From Paraspadella gotoi (Eukaryota; Animalia; Chaetognatha), in the NCBI GenBank assembly GCA_051294375.1, contig CM119267.1, forward strand, positions 8,765,977 through 8,829,976: a stretch of 64,000 nucleotides of DNA, written 5' to 3'. Shown piece after piece: positions 37,098-48,111 of the stretch; within the stretch, counting starts at the first letter, position 1, and each line of letters begins with the position of its first letter. The position numbers and the translations under genes are program-made. Below the pieces are notes generated by a model. It searched no databases. It was not told the origin of the DNA and was given only the letters and a program-made list of their open reading frames with translations.

Positions 37098-38809
37098 TTA
37101 AGGGGGTGAGTGAAATGAAGCTCGGGCCGTTAGTTTCAATGGTCGGGAAACTCCGCGTCCGATGAGACGTGAAGCTTTTTCCTTCTCGCGCGATTTGTCG
37201 CAATCTTTTGCCAAATACGCGAATTCTCAGGAATTCGCTTCGATTGAGCAGAGATGAAGGGTTGGGTGCTGGTCGGAGTGTTGTTGAGGAACGAGTCGGT
37301 TGATGGCGTTGGGGTTGAGGCAAAGGGGAGTCGTGGTTTGCTGATGGAAGTCTCTGGGGCATTATGACAGATTATTGCATTATTTTTTTATATTTTTAAA
37401 CTTTTCCAAAGTCCCTTTTCTAATTCCTGTGTATGTCCGTTATTCGATTAACTTTGATTCGGTCCGACTCTCTCATTCACAAATCCAATTAATTCAACCG
37501 ATTCCATCCAATAGATTAAACCGACTCTGCCTTGTACCCATCCAATCAAATCGATCTACTCAGCTTCGCCCATCCAATCAAGTCGATAAAACTTTATCTC
37601 TTGATTCTTTGTCCTTACTCATTTACTGCTTCTCTCCATTTTAACCATTATTACTGTTTCAACTTTTTTTTGACATTTTCCTTCTCTTTCTTTTTAAAAA
37701 AAAAAAATATTCCCTAGTTTAAAGACAGGTTTTTAAAATTAAAAAAAAAAACAAGTTTGTGCGTTTTCTTGAAACTCCATTTTGAAAGCTTTTATTTTGA
37801 TTATTTCGTGTTTTCATTCCATATTCCTTCCCATTAGTTTCTCCTTTCTCTGTTCCATCCATCCCCTCTTTTCTTTTTTCTCCCTTTCCTCCTTTTTCCT
37901 CCCTTTCCTCCTTTTTCCCTCTCGTTTTCTCTTCTCGAAACGATCGTCATTTTCGCGATTAACGACTTCACCTTTTCCACTTTCTCGTTTTTGCCAACGA
38001 AATGAATCTTCTGACCCCGTCGTTTCCGAAACTACCCATTTATTGTCGTCACTTTGTCCAAAAGTTGGCTGTTCCCTGCGTTTTCTCGGTCTTTCTTTGT
38101 CTTTCATCGGTTTTAAAGTTCGTCCGTTCTTCGGCTCATTGTTTGCTGTGCCAAGTTGATTGGAGTTTAGTCTCTGGACGTTCTCGTTCAGTGGCGTTGG
38201 CAGTTGATTGGTCAATGACCAGTAATCACTCCCGTTCGACGGTCGATAGCTGCTTTGTTCGTTAGCCTTTCGTTCCAACATTTGTTACCCTTTCAATTTC
38301 CCTCCTTCCAATTTTGCCTCTTTCATCGTTCTGATCAATGTCTTCTGTCTAATCTCTCAATCAATCTCTATCAATAGCCGCAATTTTTAGTGGATCTGGT
38401 CTCTTCTAATCGCTCCCTTGCCACTTGGCGCGAACCCTGACTGCCATCCAAGATCCTCTTCATTCTCCCCCTTGACCTCTCCTTCGGACCCCTTTCCTCT
38501 TTCTAAGTATCCACCCTTCATAATCAGTCGGCGATTATCTGGTGAAAATATCATCGCCGCCGCGAGAAGATGTTCTCTCTATGTAAATCGCCCGGAGCCA
38601 GCCTCGCCTTTCCGGCGGCCGCGTCGGCGGGCGGGGCTCGGCGAGCGTCGCGGCTCGGCGGACGTCGGAATGGCTCGGCTGCCCGCGCGACGGCGTCTGT
38701 CGCGGCGTCGTATTAGCGGCGCGACATGGGGAGGTAATTACGACGAGTCACGTGTGGAGTCGATGTTACGTGACAGTTTGTCGGAGATAGAGAGAGAGAG
38801 AGAGAGAGA

Positions 38810-38849
<40 letters not shown>

Positions 38850-40701
38850 AGGAAGAGAGAGGAGAGAGGAGTGAGAGAGAGAAAGGCCATTGGTTGCGAA
38901 AGAGAGAGAGCAGAAGCACAGTCCGTCTTTTGGTTATCGCTTTATTGGTGCGACTATGATTGCGGGAAGTTTATGCCCTTTTTTTTTCTCCGCCACGAGC
39001 GGCGATCGCTCGATGCCCCATTTTCGCTAAACTCCGCTCTCATCTCCAGCACCGACTCCCTCTCACCCTACACCCTCGACCCGCCCCCCTCCGCGGGCGA
39101 TGGCAGAGACATCTTTTTCTCCTTCATCATCGTCCATTCTCGACCGTTCCGCTTATTTTCTCGTTCCACTCGTTGAGTCATATTACTCAGCTCTCCGTCG
39201 CAGCCGTGACCGGGCGCGGCCGAGCGGCTGCGACCGACTCACTTTCCTCCGGGCTTCTTCCCTCGGATCAGACATTTTTTTTCTCTCTCGATGGTGAGTC
39301 GGGCTTCTTCCGGTCGAAATCCGAGCGGTCGGGCCCGGATTTCTCTCTCTCTCTCTCTCTCTCTTACTTTTTCTCTTGCTTTCTCGCTCTTTATTTCTTC
39401 TATATTTTTTCTCTACTTTAATTTCTAATCTTACATGTTTATTATACATAAACTAAACATACATTTTTTCTATAAATATTCAACTTAATAAAATTTCTTT
39501 TTATATATTATAAATAAATATATCTCGTTATGTTGTTTTGTTCTCTTTCTTTTCTGTTTCATTTATGGTGATCAAAAGAACAACACCAGCCTCATGAACT
39601 GATTCATGATGGTGATGATGATTATGGTGATGATCTTAGAATCATCTTAGAATAAGGCGAGCCGACAATTTAATTTAATGGGAACAGCATTAAACATCCA
39701 TATCATTTTCACTATTGTGTTAAATATTTTTTTCATAAGAATTTCTTGATCATTTTTTTCTGTAATTTTTTTTTTCATTTCTTTCTGTATAGAAGAAAAG
39801 AAAATCATTGACATTTTTGTTATAATAATTTTAAAATGATTAAAAAGAAACTGGCTGACAAAAAAGCAATTCCAGACAACTACTGTTTTGTATGGGCTTT
39901 TGTTTCAGCTTGCTCAACATCTGGTATAAGGCGACCTCTCAAAACAGATGGAACTAACTAATTTTCCAGACAAAACTGTGCTAGACTTTTTTTTTTAATT
40001 TGATAGTAGGTAATTCAAATGAATTTAATTAAGATGTTTAGAGATGTAAAAAATCTTTTGGCATTCCTGAGTGGAAAATAAGAGCAGGTTTTCTTAATAA
40101 ATTAATGGAAAAGATAAGGAAGGAAAGAGACGAGAGGATAATTTCTGGAAGAAAAATTAAAGGAATGCAATGATATTTTTTATATTTGATATTATTTTAT
40201 TAAGTAATATTAGGTAATGATTATGTTATAGTAAAGTAAGTTAAGGTTATGAGTTGGCAGCGGATCCGGGAGCCTCTTATAAAAAATATTGTTTCCTTAA
40301 AGGGGCACTTTTGGGCATAAGTAAAGTTTATATTTTTGATAATACGAGCGACATAATAACAATTACAACGCTTAAATATTTTGCATCGGCATGATCGAAG
40401 ACCCGTAATTACCGAGCACTTGATCGTTGTTTGTTATGAATACAAATACGTTTTACAATAGTACGATACATAAACAATGTTAAATACATGTCGAACGAAA
40501 GTACAATTGATTGTTTACAAAACTGTAAGATAATCATTGTAATTGAGTATTCTAAAATAACACTAAAAAACGTTTCATCTCAGAGGCTGTAATCTTTATC
40601 TGTGCTTTTGTTAAGCTCTCTGATTCGTTGGTTTTCGCCGCTCTGCCATTGCGCTGAGCGAGATAATTTGCCGTGTCGCTGATCCGACAGCGTCTTCATC
40701 C

Positions 40702-40987
40702 TCTCTCAATTTTAAACACAAAGAAACAAAAGTCTTTTATAATAAATTATTATTAATTTTATTGTTATATTATTATTTTTAAAATTTTATTATTAATGAT
40801 TTTTTTTAATTTATAGTATTGAAATTATTTGAAGCAAAAAATATTCAGTAATTAGATAAGGTAATAAAGGTTAAAGATATAAAACAAAAAAAATACTAAT
40901 AAATAAATTTTTAAAATAAAAATAACAATAAAAATTTATAATATATTTATTATAAAAACTTTCGTTTGTTGCGTTTTAAAATGAGAA
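40702..40987. mobile_element. AT-rich foldback/MITE-like element with about 90-bp imperfect inverted arms
   Basis: 40702-40796 (TCTCTCAATTTTAAACACAAAGAAACAAAAGTCTTTTATAATAAAT...) aligns with the reverse complement of about 40897-40987 (...ATTTATTATAAAAACTTTCGTTTGTTGCGTTTTAAAATGAGAA). No ORF and no clear target-site duplication. Confidence 0.5.
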
Positions 40988-41668
40988 GAAAACAAAACAT
41001 TTTTTATAAAAGAGCTCCCGGATCGCGAACTCATGATCGATTAGCTCGGAGGCAGAGAGAAAGCTCGGTGGGATGAGGGTAGAGAGAGAGAAAAGAGTAG
41101 TTCGCCGCAACAGCTCCGATCGGATCGACATCTGCAGCCGCGAGGATCCGGAGATGGGAGAGGAGAGAAAGGAGTAAGATGAGACGAGCGAAGTAAGTGA
41201 ATCAGGAGAACCGATCGGCCGCCGCGCGCTGCTCCGGACGTGCGCTGATACGAGGCTTCTGAGTTAGCCATGACTTCGTGCTAAGAGTGCTTTCTCTCCT
41301 CTCTCTCTCTCTCTCTCCTCTCTCTCTCCTTTCTCTCTCTCTCTCCTCTCTCTCTTCTCATCGCTCCTCTCTCTCTTTCTCTCTCTCTCTATCTCTCCTC
41401 TCTCTCTCGTCGTCGCCCTGAATTTTTTGCATTCCATATCGTTTTGTGATTCTTCCTCAATTATTTTAATAGTTTCATCACTGCGCAACATTCACCATAA
41501 TTAATGTGACATTAACCATTCTCTTTACTTCTTTCCCTGATCTTATTCACTCCCCTTCACCAAAACAAAAAAATTGAAAAAAAATCACGATGTCGCAATT
41601 TCGTTTCGAACTAAAAGATCGAAGCGGAAATTCGATCGAAATCAAAGATCGATTTTTCCGATTCTTCT

Positions 41669-41730
<62 letters not shown>

Positions 41731-41733
41731 GTC
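41669..41733. repeat. (CGT)n trinucleotide microsatellite
   Basis: About 21 CGT/CGC units. Related (GAC)n tracts occur near 19050-19095, 19425-19470, 35285-35312 and 51657-51685. Confidence 0.9.
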
Positions 41734-43295
41734 TCCTCTCGATGAAATCCAAACTTGAAACTCTATTCTATTTTTCCTTTGTGCCCCCACGTCTGAGATG
41801 CCTCACTCTCCTTATCTCAACCCCACTGTCTTATTCTTACCTTTTTCCCTTGCCCCATCCTTACCCCCAGTTTCACCCATAGCTTTCCTCACGGCACGCT
41901 TGGGAAATAGGAAAGCTGAGCCTGGGCGGCGCCTCCGAAGCGCGCGCGCCCACTCACGAATCCTCGCTCCCGTACGCGCCTATACGTCCGCGAGCGTGGT
42001 TGCCCGAGTCGGAACAACCGTCTTAGGAGTTATGTCATTCTTTAGCTTAGAATTTTACTGTGAAAACTTTTTTCAAACGTTCACATTCACGCTCTTCCGC
42101 TAACCAAAGCTTTCACGGCTTAAACCACCGCCGAACAAGGTGTGGCCTCCCGGCACGTGCCTCGCTTATCATTTTTTTTCGAACCTCGATGATGAACGAT
42201 TTCCTTTAAGGCGCCGTGGGTGAGATGTCGGAGAATGTAAAGAGCCGGCGTTTTTCTCTCCTGCTCCCTTCGCCCTCCCACGCCCACTTCCGGTTATGAC
42301 GCGTCGTGGCGGCCGTCTCGTCTCATGAGATGAGGCTGGGATGAAATCAATTCGGATTTAGAATAAGTTTATAATCGCTCGTGGAGAGAGAGAGAGACGA
42401 GAGGGGACGCCCTGGGCGGAGAGACGCCCGCGACTGGAGGAGAACGTCGTGCTCGCAGGGGTCACCGAGAGGAGGAGAGGCTATGCCTTGACGGGAACGG
42501 TATGTGAGAACGAGTTCTCGAATAGGAGATGACATGAGCTGAGATGAGAGAGCGAGATAGAGAGACTGACGAGAGAGGAGAGAGAGAGAGAGAGAGAGAG
42601 GCCGGGGGGCGGTTTAACTAAGGTGCGCGTCGACGAAATTGCGTTGTTAGTTCTTAACGGCCGGGGGATTTCGGCCGGCAAACAGCCGGCGTTATTAAGA
42701 GGCGGAGAGAGGAGACGAGAGAGAGACGCGTGGAGACTCGGGACGAGAGAGAGAGAAGAGAGAAAGAGAGAGATAGCAGTCGGAAGAGAGAGAGATGAGA
42801 GAAGGCACAGAGAGAGAGGGTTACGGGTGGTAAGTCAAAGGGGGTGATTCGCCATCTCGAGCGAAGCCCTTTTCCTCAGAACTACCTCATAACGCCCCAG
42901 GCCGCAACGCCAGGTCTCCGCGAGTCGCGCGAAATTTTTTGAATATTTTTCCACTTTCGATTTTCGTGTTTTGGCAAAAGGGTCGAACCTTTTGGAAAGG
43001 ATATTTCTTGGTGTTCTGCCCCCCCCCAATATCGCGCGGAACCACCCATTTTTAAACCCAACCCCCCTCTACTACTTCCTCCTCTCGAGTCCTACCCACC
43101 CCATTCCTTTCCGCCTTCTTTAAAAAGCCGCGGGGCTGCATTTTGTTTCCAGGCAACAAAGTTTCCGTCGTTGAAACGCCATCTCGGGCTCGAAGGTGGA
43201 ACCGTTAGCCATTTGCGTCACCTCCCACTGAAATTCCGAACCGAGGGAAGAAAGGTAATGGGACAGCATAATGGCCGCCGAGAGAGAGGGAGGGA

Positions 43296-43395
<100 letters not shown>

Positions 43396-44459
43396 GTAAT
43401 GGGACAGCATAATGGCTTTGGGAAATAGTCTTCTCGTCCCCGGCGATAGGTTTCTCCGGGGGCGAATACGGGGGGGAGAGAGGGGGGGAGAGGGAGAGAT
43501 GGATGGGGGAGCTTGAAACGAGGATGATATCGTCCGCGGGGGGTCTCTCTTTCTCACTCTCTCTCTCTCTCTCTCCTCGAGACTTTCTTCTTCAGTTTTC
43601 GAAGTCGTTTCCTCTTTTTGAAAAGTTGGATGGCGTTGTTGGGTTTAGTAATTTTCAGCTTAATTCTAAGGTTAAAGACTCCATCATCCATGTTACAAAG
43701 TAATCTTGCTCTATCGTCGCTGTTCGAACTTTCAAATTTTTTTTTATATTTCGCTGTAGCAAGAATGAGAGTTACGGCCTCGCCACTTTCATTTCGTTCT
43801 CTTTTTATTCTTTTCCCGATACGGAACGGTAAATTCTTATATAAAATATGTTATATGATATTTTAATGTTAAAGCTGTGAAAAATGACAAAAACTGTTTA
43901 TCATATAATAGTTTCTACTACAGAAAGTTAAAAAAGTTTTTTGACCTTTTTTCCAATTTTGACATTGAAGACAAAGAAATTTATGAAAACATGTTTCATA
44001 ATTTTTTTTCTAACTTTTTATGAGAAATCTGAATCTTTAATAAAAATTTCCTAAAAAATTATTTTGAAAATTTCTAATACTATAAATATATTTTCTGTTT
44101 CCGAAAAAATCTTAATAAAATACTTTTTATATTCAATAAGCATACTATCTCGCATAAAATTATTATAGTTAATTGACAGTTAGCGACGCGCTTCTCTTTT
44201 CTCCGCCGATAGGCGACGAGAGGTCGCCGTCGAGATTTCTTTTGTCGAAACCTTTTTCCAGTTCAATCTCGTTCCAATATTGAGATCCTCCCCAATCCTT
44301 TTCTCTCCATTCTACGCGGCAACAATAGAATCACGCGCTTAAGCCTTAACCAACCCCGCCCCCTTCCTACCAATTCCTCGCCCAATTCCCGCTCCCCGCC
44401 TCCCACTTTATCACATCCCCCCTCTCTCTCAATCGACCTGCCTTCTACGAAGGCGTCGA

Positions 44460-44790
44460 TGGTTTTTATCTTTGGAGTAGTTTCGGCATTCGGCCGAATC
44501 GGCGCCGCTCCGTCCAGGCCCCGCCCGCGCGCGCCAGATCGGCGCCCGCTTCGAGCGGTCGGCCGCAGCGCGCTTAGGCCGCCCCGCTTAGGACCGCCCC
44601 GCTTCGGCTTTCAGTCGGCGGCATAAAGACTCGATGGAGCGCGGGTCATAAATTCGCCGCGAGTCGCTAATCCCGCCCGCGACGCCCCCCATTCCCTGTC
44701 ACGCCTACTTCCTGTCACGCTCTCCTTCGTTGCTACGTCCCAAGTTCCTGTCACGGATTTCTCTCGCTCTGTACTAACGACTGGCTCGCC
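44460..44790. promoter_or_regulatory. CpG-rich putative promoter/enhancer with GC boxes and three TYCCTGTCACG motifs
   Basis: Very GC/CpG-rich island in AT-rich surroundings, with CCCGCCC/CCGCCCC boxes. Motif copies at 44693-44703, 44709-44719 and 44745-44755. Confidence 0.4.
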
Positions 44791-46313
44791 CACGTTCGGG
44801 ATCTTTTTGCCCCCAAAATATCATGAGCCTCCTTCCCTTTTCCGTTCTCCCTTTTCCTTTCACTGAGGAAAAAAAAAAATCTCTTCTCCAGTTCCCGTCT
44901 CGTGACACATCCATTTTCTATCACAACTCGTTCTTCGAGGAATCCTTCCCGCCATCACTTTTTTTTTTTTTTGTCACAACCCCCACTTTATCAGTCTCAG
45001 CGATCTATATACACCCCCCCGTACGGCCATCAAACTCCATGCAATATCTCGCGCGACGCGAGTGAACATTTTTACGAGAAGCGGAAACCGAGAAGCGGAA
45101 ACCGAGAAGCGGTGAGGAGATTGGCAAAGCGGTTGCGGAGCCGCGCGTTGGCTCTGCGGGCGCCGGCGTTCGCCGTCGTTCGCGCCAAGTTAGCCGGAAG
45201 AAGCTCTAGCGTCGTGAATTTATTTCCGGTTTTTTGAGAATTTTTCTTCTTTTTTTTTTTTATTTATTTCTTTCGTTTTTATTATTCTTACCTTTTTTTT
45301 TTATCGCTTTTTCCTCCGCTGGAGGTAGAAAAATAAAAACCGACGCCGACCGAGTTTTTTACGATCCACAACTGCTCGAATTTTGGTTTCGAGATTTTTT
45401 TAGTACAAGAGTTGAAACACGAATGTAGAATTGTAGATATAGTTAGTGGGAATGTTGGGAGGCCCGTGGATCTACCCGAGGATGACATTATTTTTCACAC
45501 GCCTTCGGCTTCGTGTAAAATTGATTCTTTTAATTTGAAGAAAGTAGAATCTTTGTAACTTTATTAACTTTGCAGTAAAATAATATCATGATTCCTAATT
45601 TATGTTTCTTGTATTTCATATATTTTCTGCAATTATTTGTGTTTATTTGATTTTAATTTCATTGGGCGTTTGATAATATTAAATAAAAAAATACTTTAAA
45701 TAACTTTTTTTTAAATTGCTTTATGATATAATTTCGCGTTTTTTAAAAATTTCGAGTTATTTACGAAACATAACTGAAAGTATGAAAAGTATGAATGTTG
45801 TCCGCAACTTAATTTTCAAGGAAAGCTCGCTTTGTCTGCGACTGAAAAGCTATGAACGAAAACAACAACACTAACTCACCTGCGACGATTAACTCGTTAA
45901 TTTCCTCCCTTTCTCCCCCCCCCTTTTCCTTTCCACGCTTTTTCAACTCTCGACTCTGCCGCCTCTATTCAGGTAAGTCAAAGTTTCAAAAGAAAAAAAA
46001 GAAAATGATTAAAAAAGAGGAAAAAAAATTCTCTCGTTTCTCGCCAAGGCTTCTCTTGCCTTTTCGGTATTCTCCCCCCCCTCTCCCGCCCTTTCGAACG
46101 CGCAAACGCACCCACGCCCCCATCACAGCCCCGCCCTAGCGGCACGCTCCCTCATTCCGCGCGCCGCCCCCCCTCCACATTCCGCGCCATTTCACGATTC
46201 TTCATTTCGCTCACGTCCCTAAACATTTTTCTTTTCTCTCTAAACTCTTTTAATGGGCGTAGCGTTCTCTCATGCCTGCTACCCTCATCTTCTCCACCTC
46301 TCTCTCTCTCTCT

Positions 46314-46366
<53 letters not shown>

Positions 46367-47603
46367 TCCATCCGTCGTCTCTCGCATCTCCTTCAAAGGC
46401 TAATGTACTTTTCTCGAGTTAATGTCTCCGCAATCTGTTAAGGTTTCGCACTCCATATTGTTTTCTTGAGTTGATTTGCATTTTTTTTCTTCTTTTTCCT
46501 CCGGCGCCGAGGGAGAGTAGAGAGCTAGATGCCGGTCGGTGCCGGAAACGCGTCCAGGCGACGCCGGTTTTTCCCCGGTAACGCGATTCCAACGCCGGTT
46601 TCTCGCCATCCGGCGTCGTTAAGATCCGAGAGAAGAATCCGGTTACGCGCCGACGTGATTTGCGGCGTGGAAACTTCAAGCGGATTCCACGCGAGCGGCG
46701 CCATCTTCTTAACGGCTCGCGATGTTGTGGGTGTTGTGGAAACTCTTTTAATTACCCACAGCCACATGTTGTGGCTATCGTCTTCGGAGGCTAAAACTGG
46801 CTACTCTGTACGTCTCGCTTTGAAGCTCGACTTCCCTCGTTCCCTATCAAGCGCCCGTCCATTCTTCGATTTGAATGCCTCGTTCTCTTGGCTCATTTAC
46901 GAATCTGCTCGAGATTCCGAAATCGCGTCCAAAAGGGAAGAAAAGAAAAAAAAAGAAAAGAAAAGGGGAAAGAAAAAGGAAATAGGAAGATCTTGATGAT
47001 ATGTGTGAAGTGAAATATAGAGATGCAATATATGTATTATGTAGCACATAGTAGTTTTTATTTTGTCAAGAAATTATTCTTCGTTGGTTTACATAAAATT
47101 AGCTTAACATTTAACTTGTTTTTCCATCTCTAAACTTTTCTTTCTCTCTCTCTTTTTCTTGCCTAACTCTCCAAAAAAAATAAAAGGTCGTTTGCATAAA
47201 CCGTTTCCCTTTTTTTTTCGTTCCTTTCAATTTCGTCGGCTGCTCTTTTGTTTCTCGATTCCTCGCCGGCCACAAATGAAACCACCGACGCCCTCTATTC
47301 ACTCGGCGAATGAGTTTTTCGGGGCTGACGTCATTTTCGATTCGATTTTGATGAAGTCTCTCCTTTTTGGGTGAGAAGGGGATTGATCGAATGGGGGGGG
47401 AAGTTGGAGCGCTCCATTTAGGCGCGTTGGAAAAAAAAAAGCGGGCGGAATTTATTTGACTCGAGGCGGCGGCAGCGCCGGCGGATTTGACGGCGGTCTC
47501 GCCGATAGCGGCCAAAGCGCCGGCGTTCTCATCGTCATTGGCGGCGTCATCATCATGACCGAAATCATCGTGTCCGGAAGAAAATCGAGGAGAAGGTCCT
47601 CAA

Positions 47604-47682
<79 letters not shown>

Positions 47683-48111
47683 TAAAGATTAATATTATGT
47701 AATATATTGTTAATTCTGCTTATTCCTTGTTGCGTTATTATCTTTAACTTCTGATTGCCTTTTTATTTAAAAATAATTTTATCATTATCTGTTTCATCTC
47801 ACGAAAAAAAATCGCTTTTTATCAGAATGAGAATCTCTTTTACTTTAGCTTTTTTTTTCCCGGATGATTTATCGGAATCGAAACAGGTGCTTTTTTTCTC
47901 ATTTTAAAAATAATATTTATTTACCTTCAACTCTCGCCCGCTATCTTTACGGCGAAGGCTGTAGCGACGAGACATCAACAATCCTCGAAGATAACTCTCT
48001 TACCATTTTCGTTTTCGCTGAAAGACAAACGAGACTAAAATTTCGCGAAGACGATTTAATAAAAAAAACAACAGAAAAAAAAAACTTCAAAAACAACAAA
48101 AACCCGAAACA

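Noticed and set aside
38418-39176. 252-aa ORF and the many other ERERER/SLSLSL ORFs
   Set aside because: They are held open by GA/CT microsatellites and GC-rich sequence, with no splice or domain support.
40288-40310. TTAAAGGGGCAC, resembling a DNA-transposon terminus at a TTAA site
   Set aside because: I found no matching inverted terminus in the window.
47440-47600. GC-rich stretch open in several frames on both strands
   Set aside because: No consistent start or splice sites, so I could not choose a frame.
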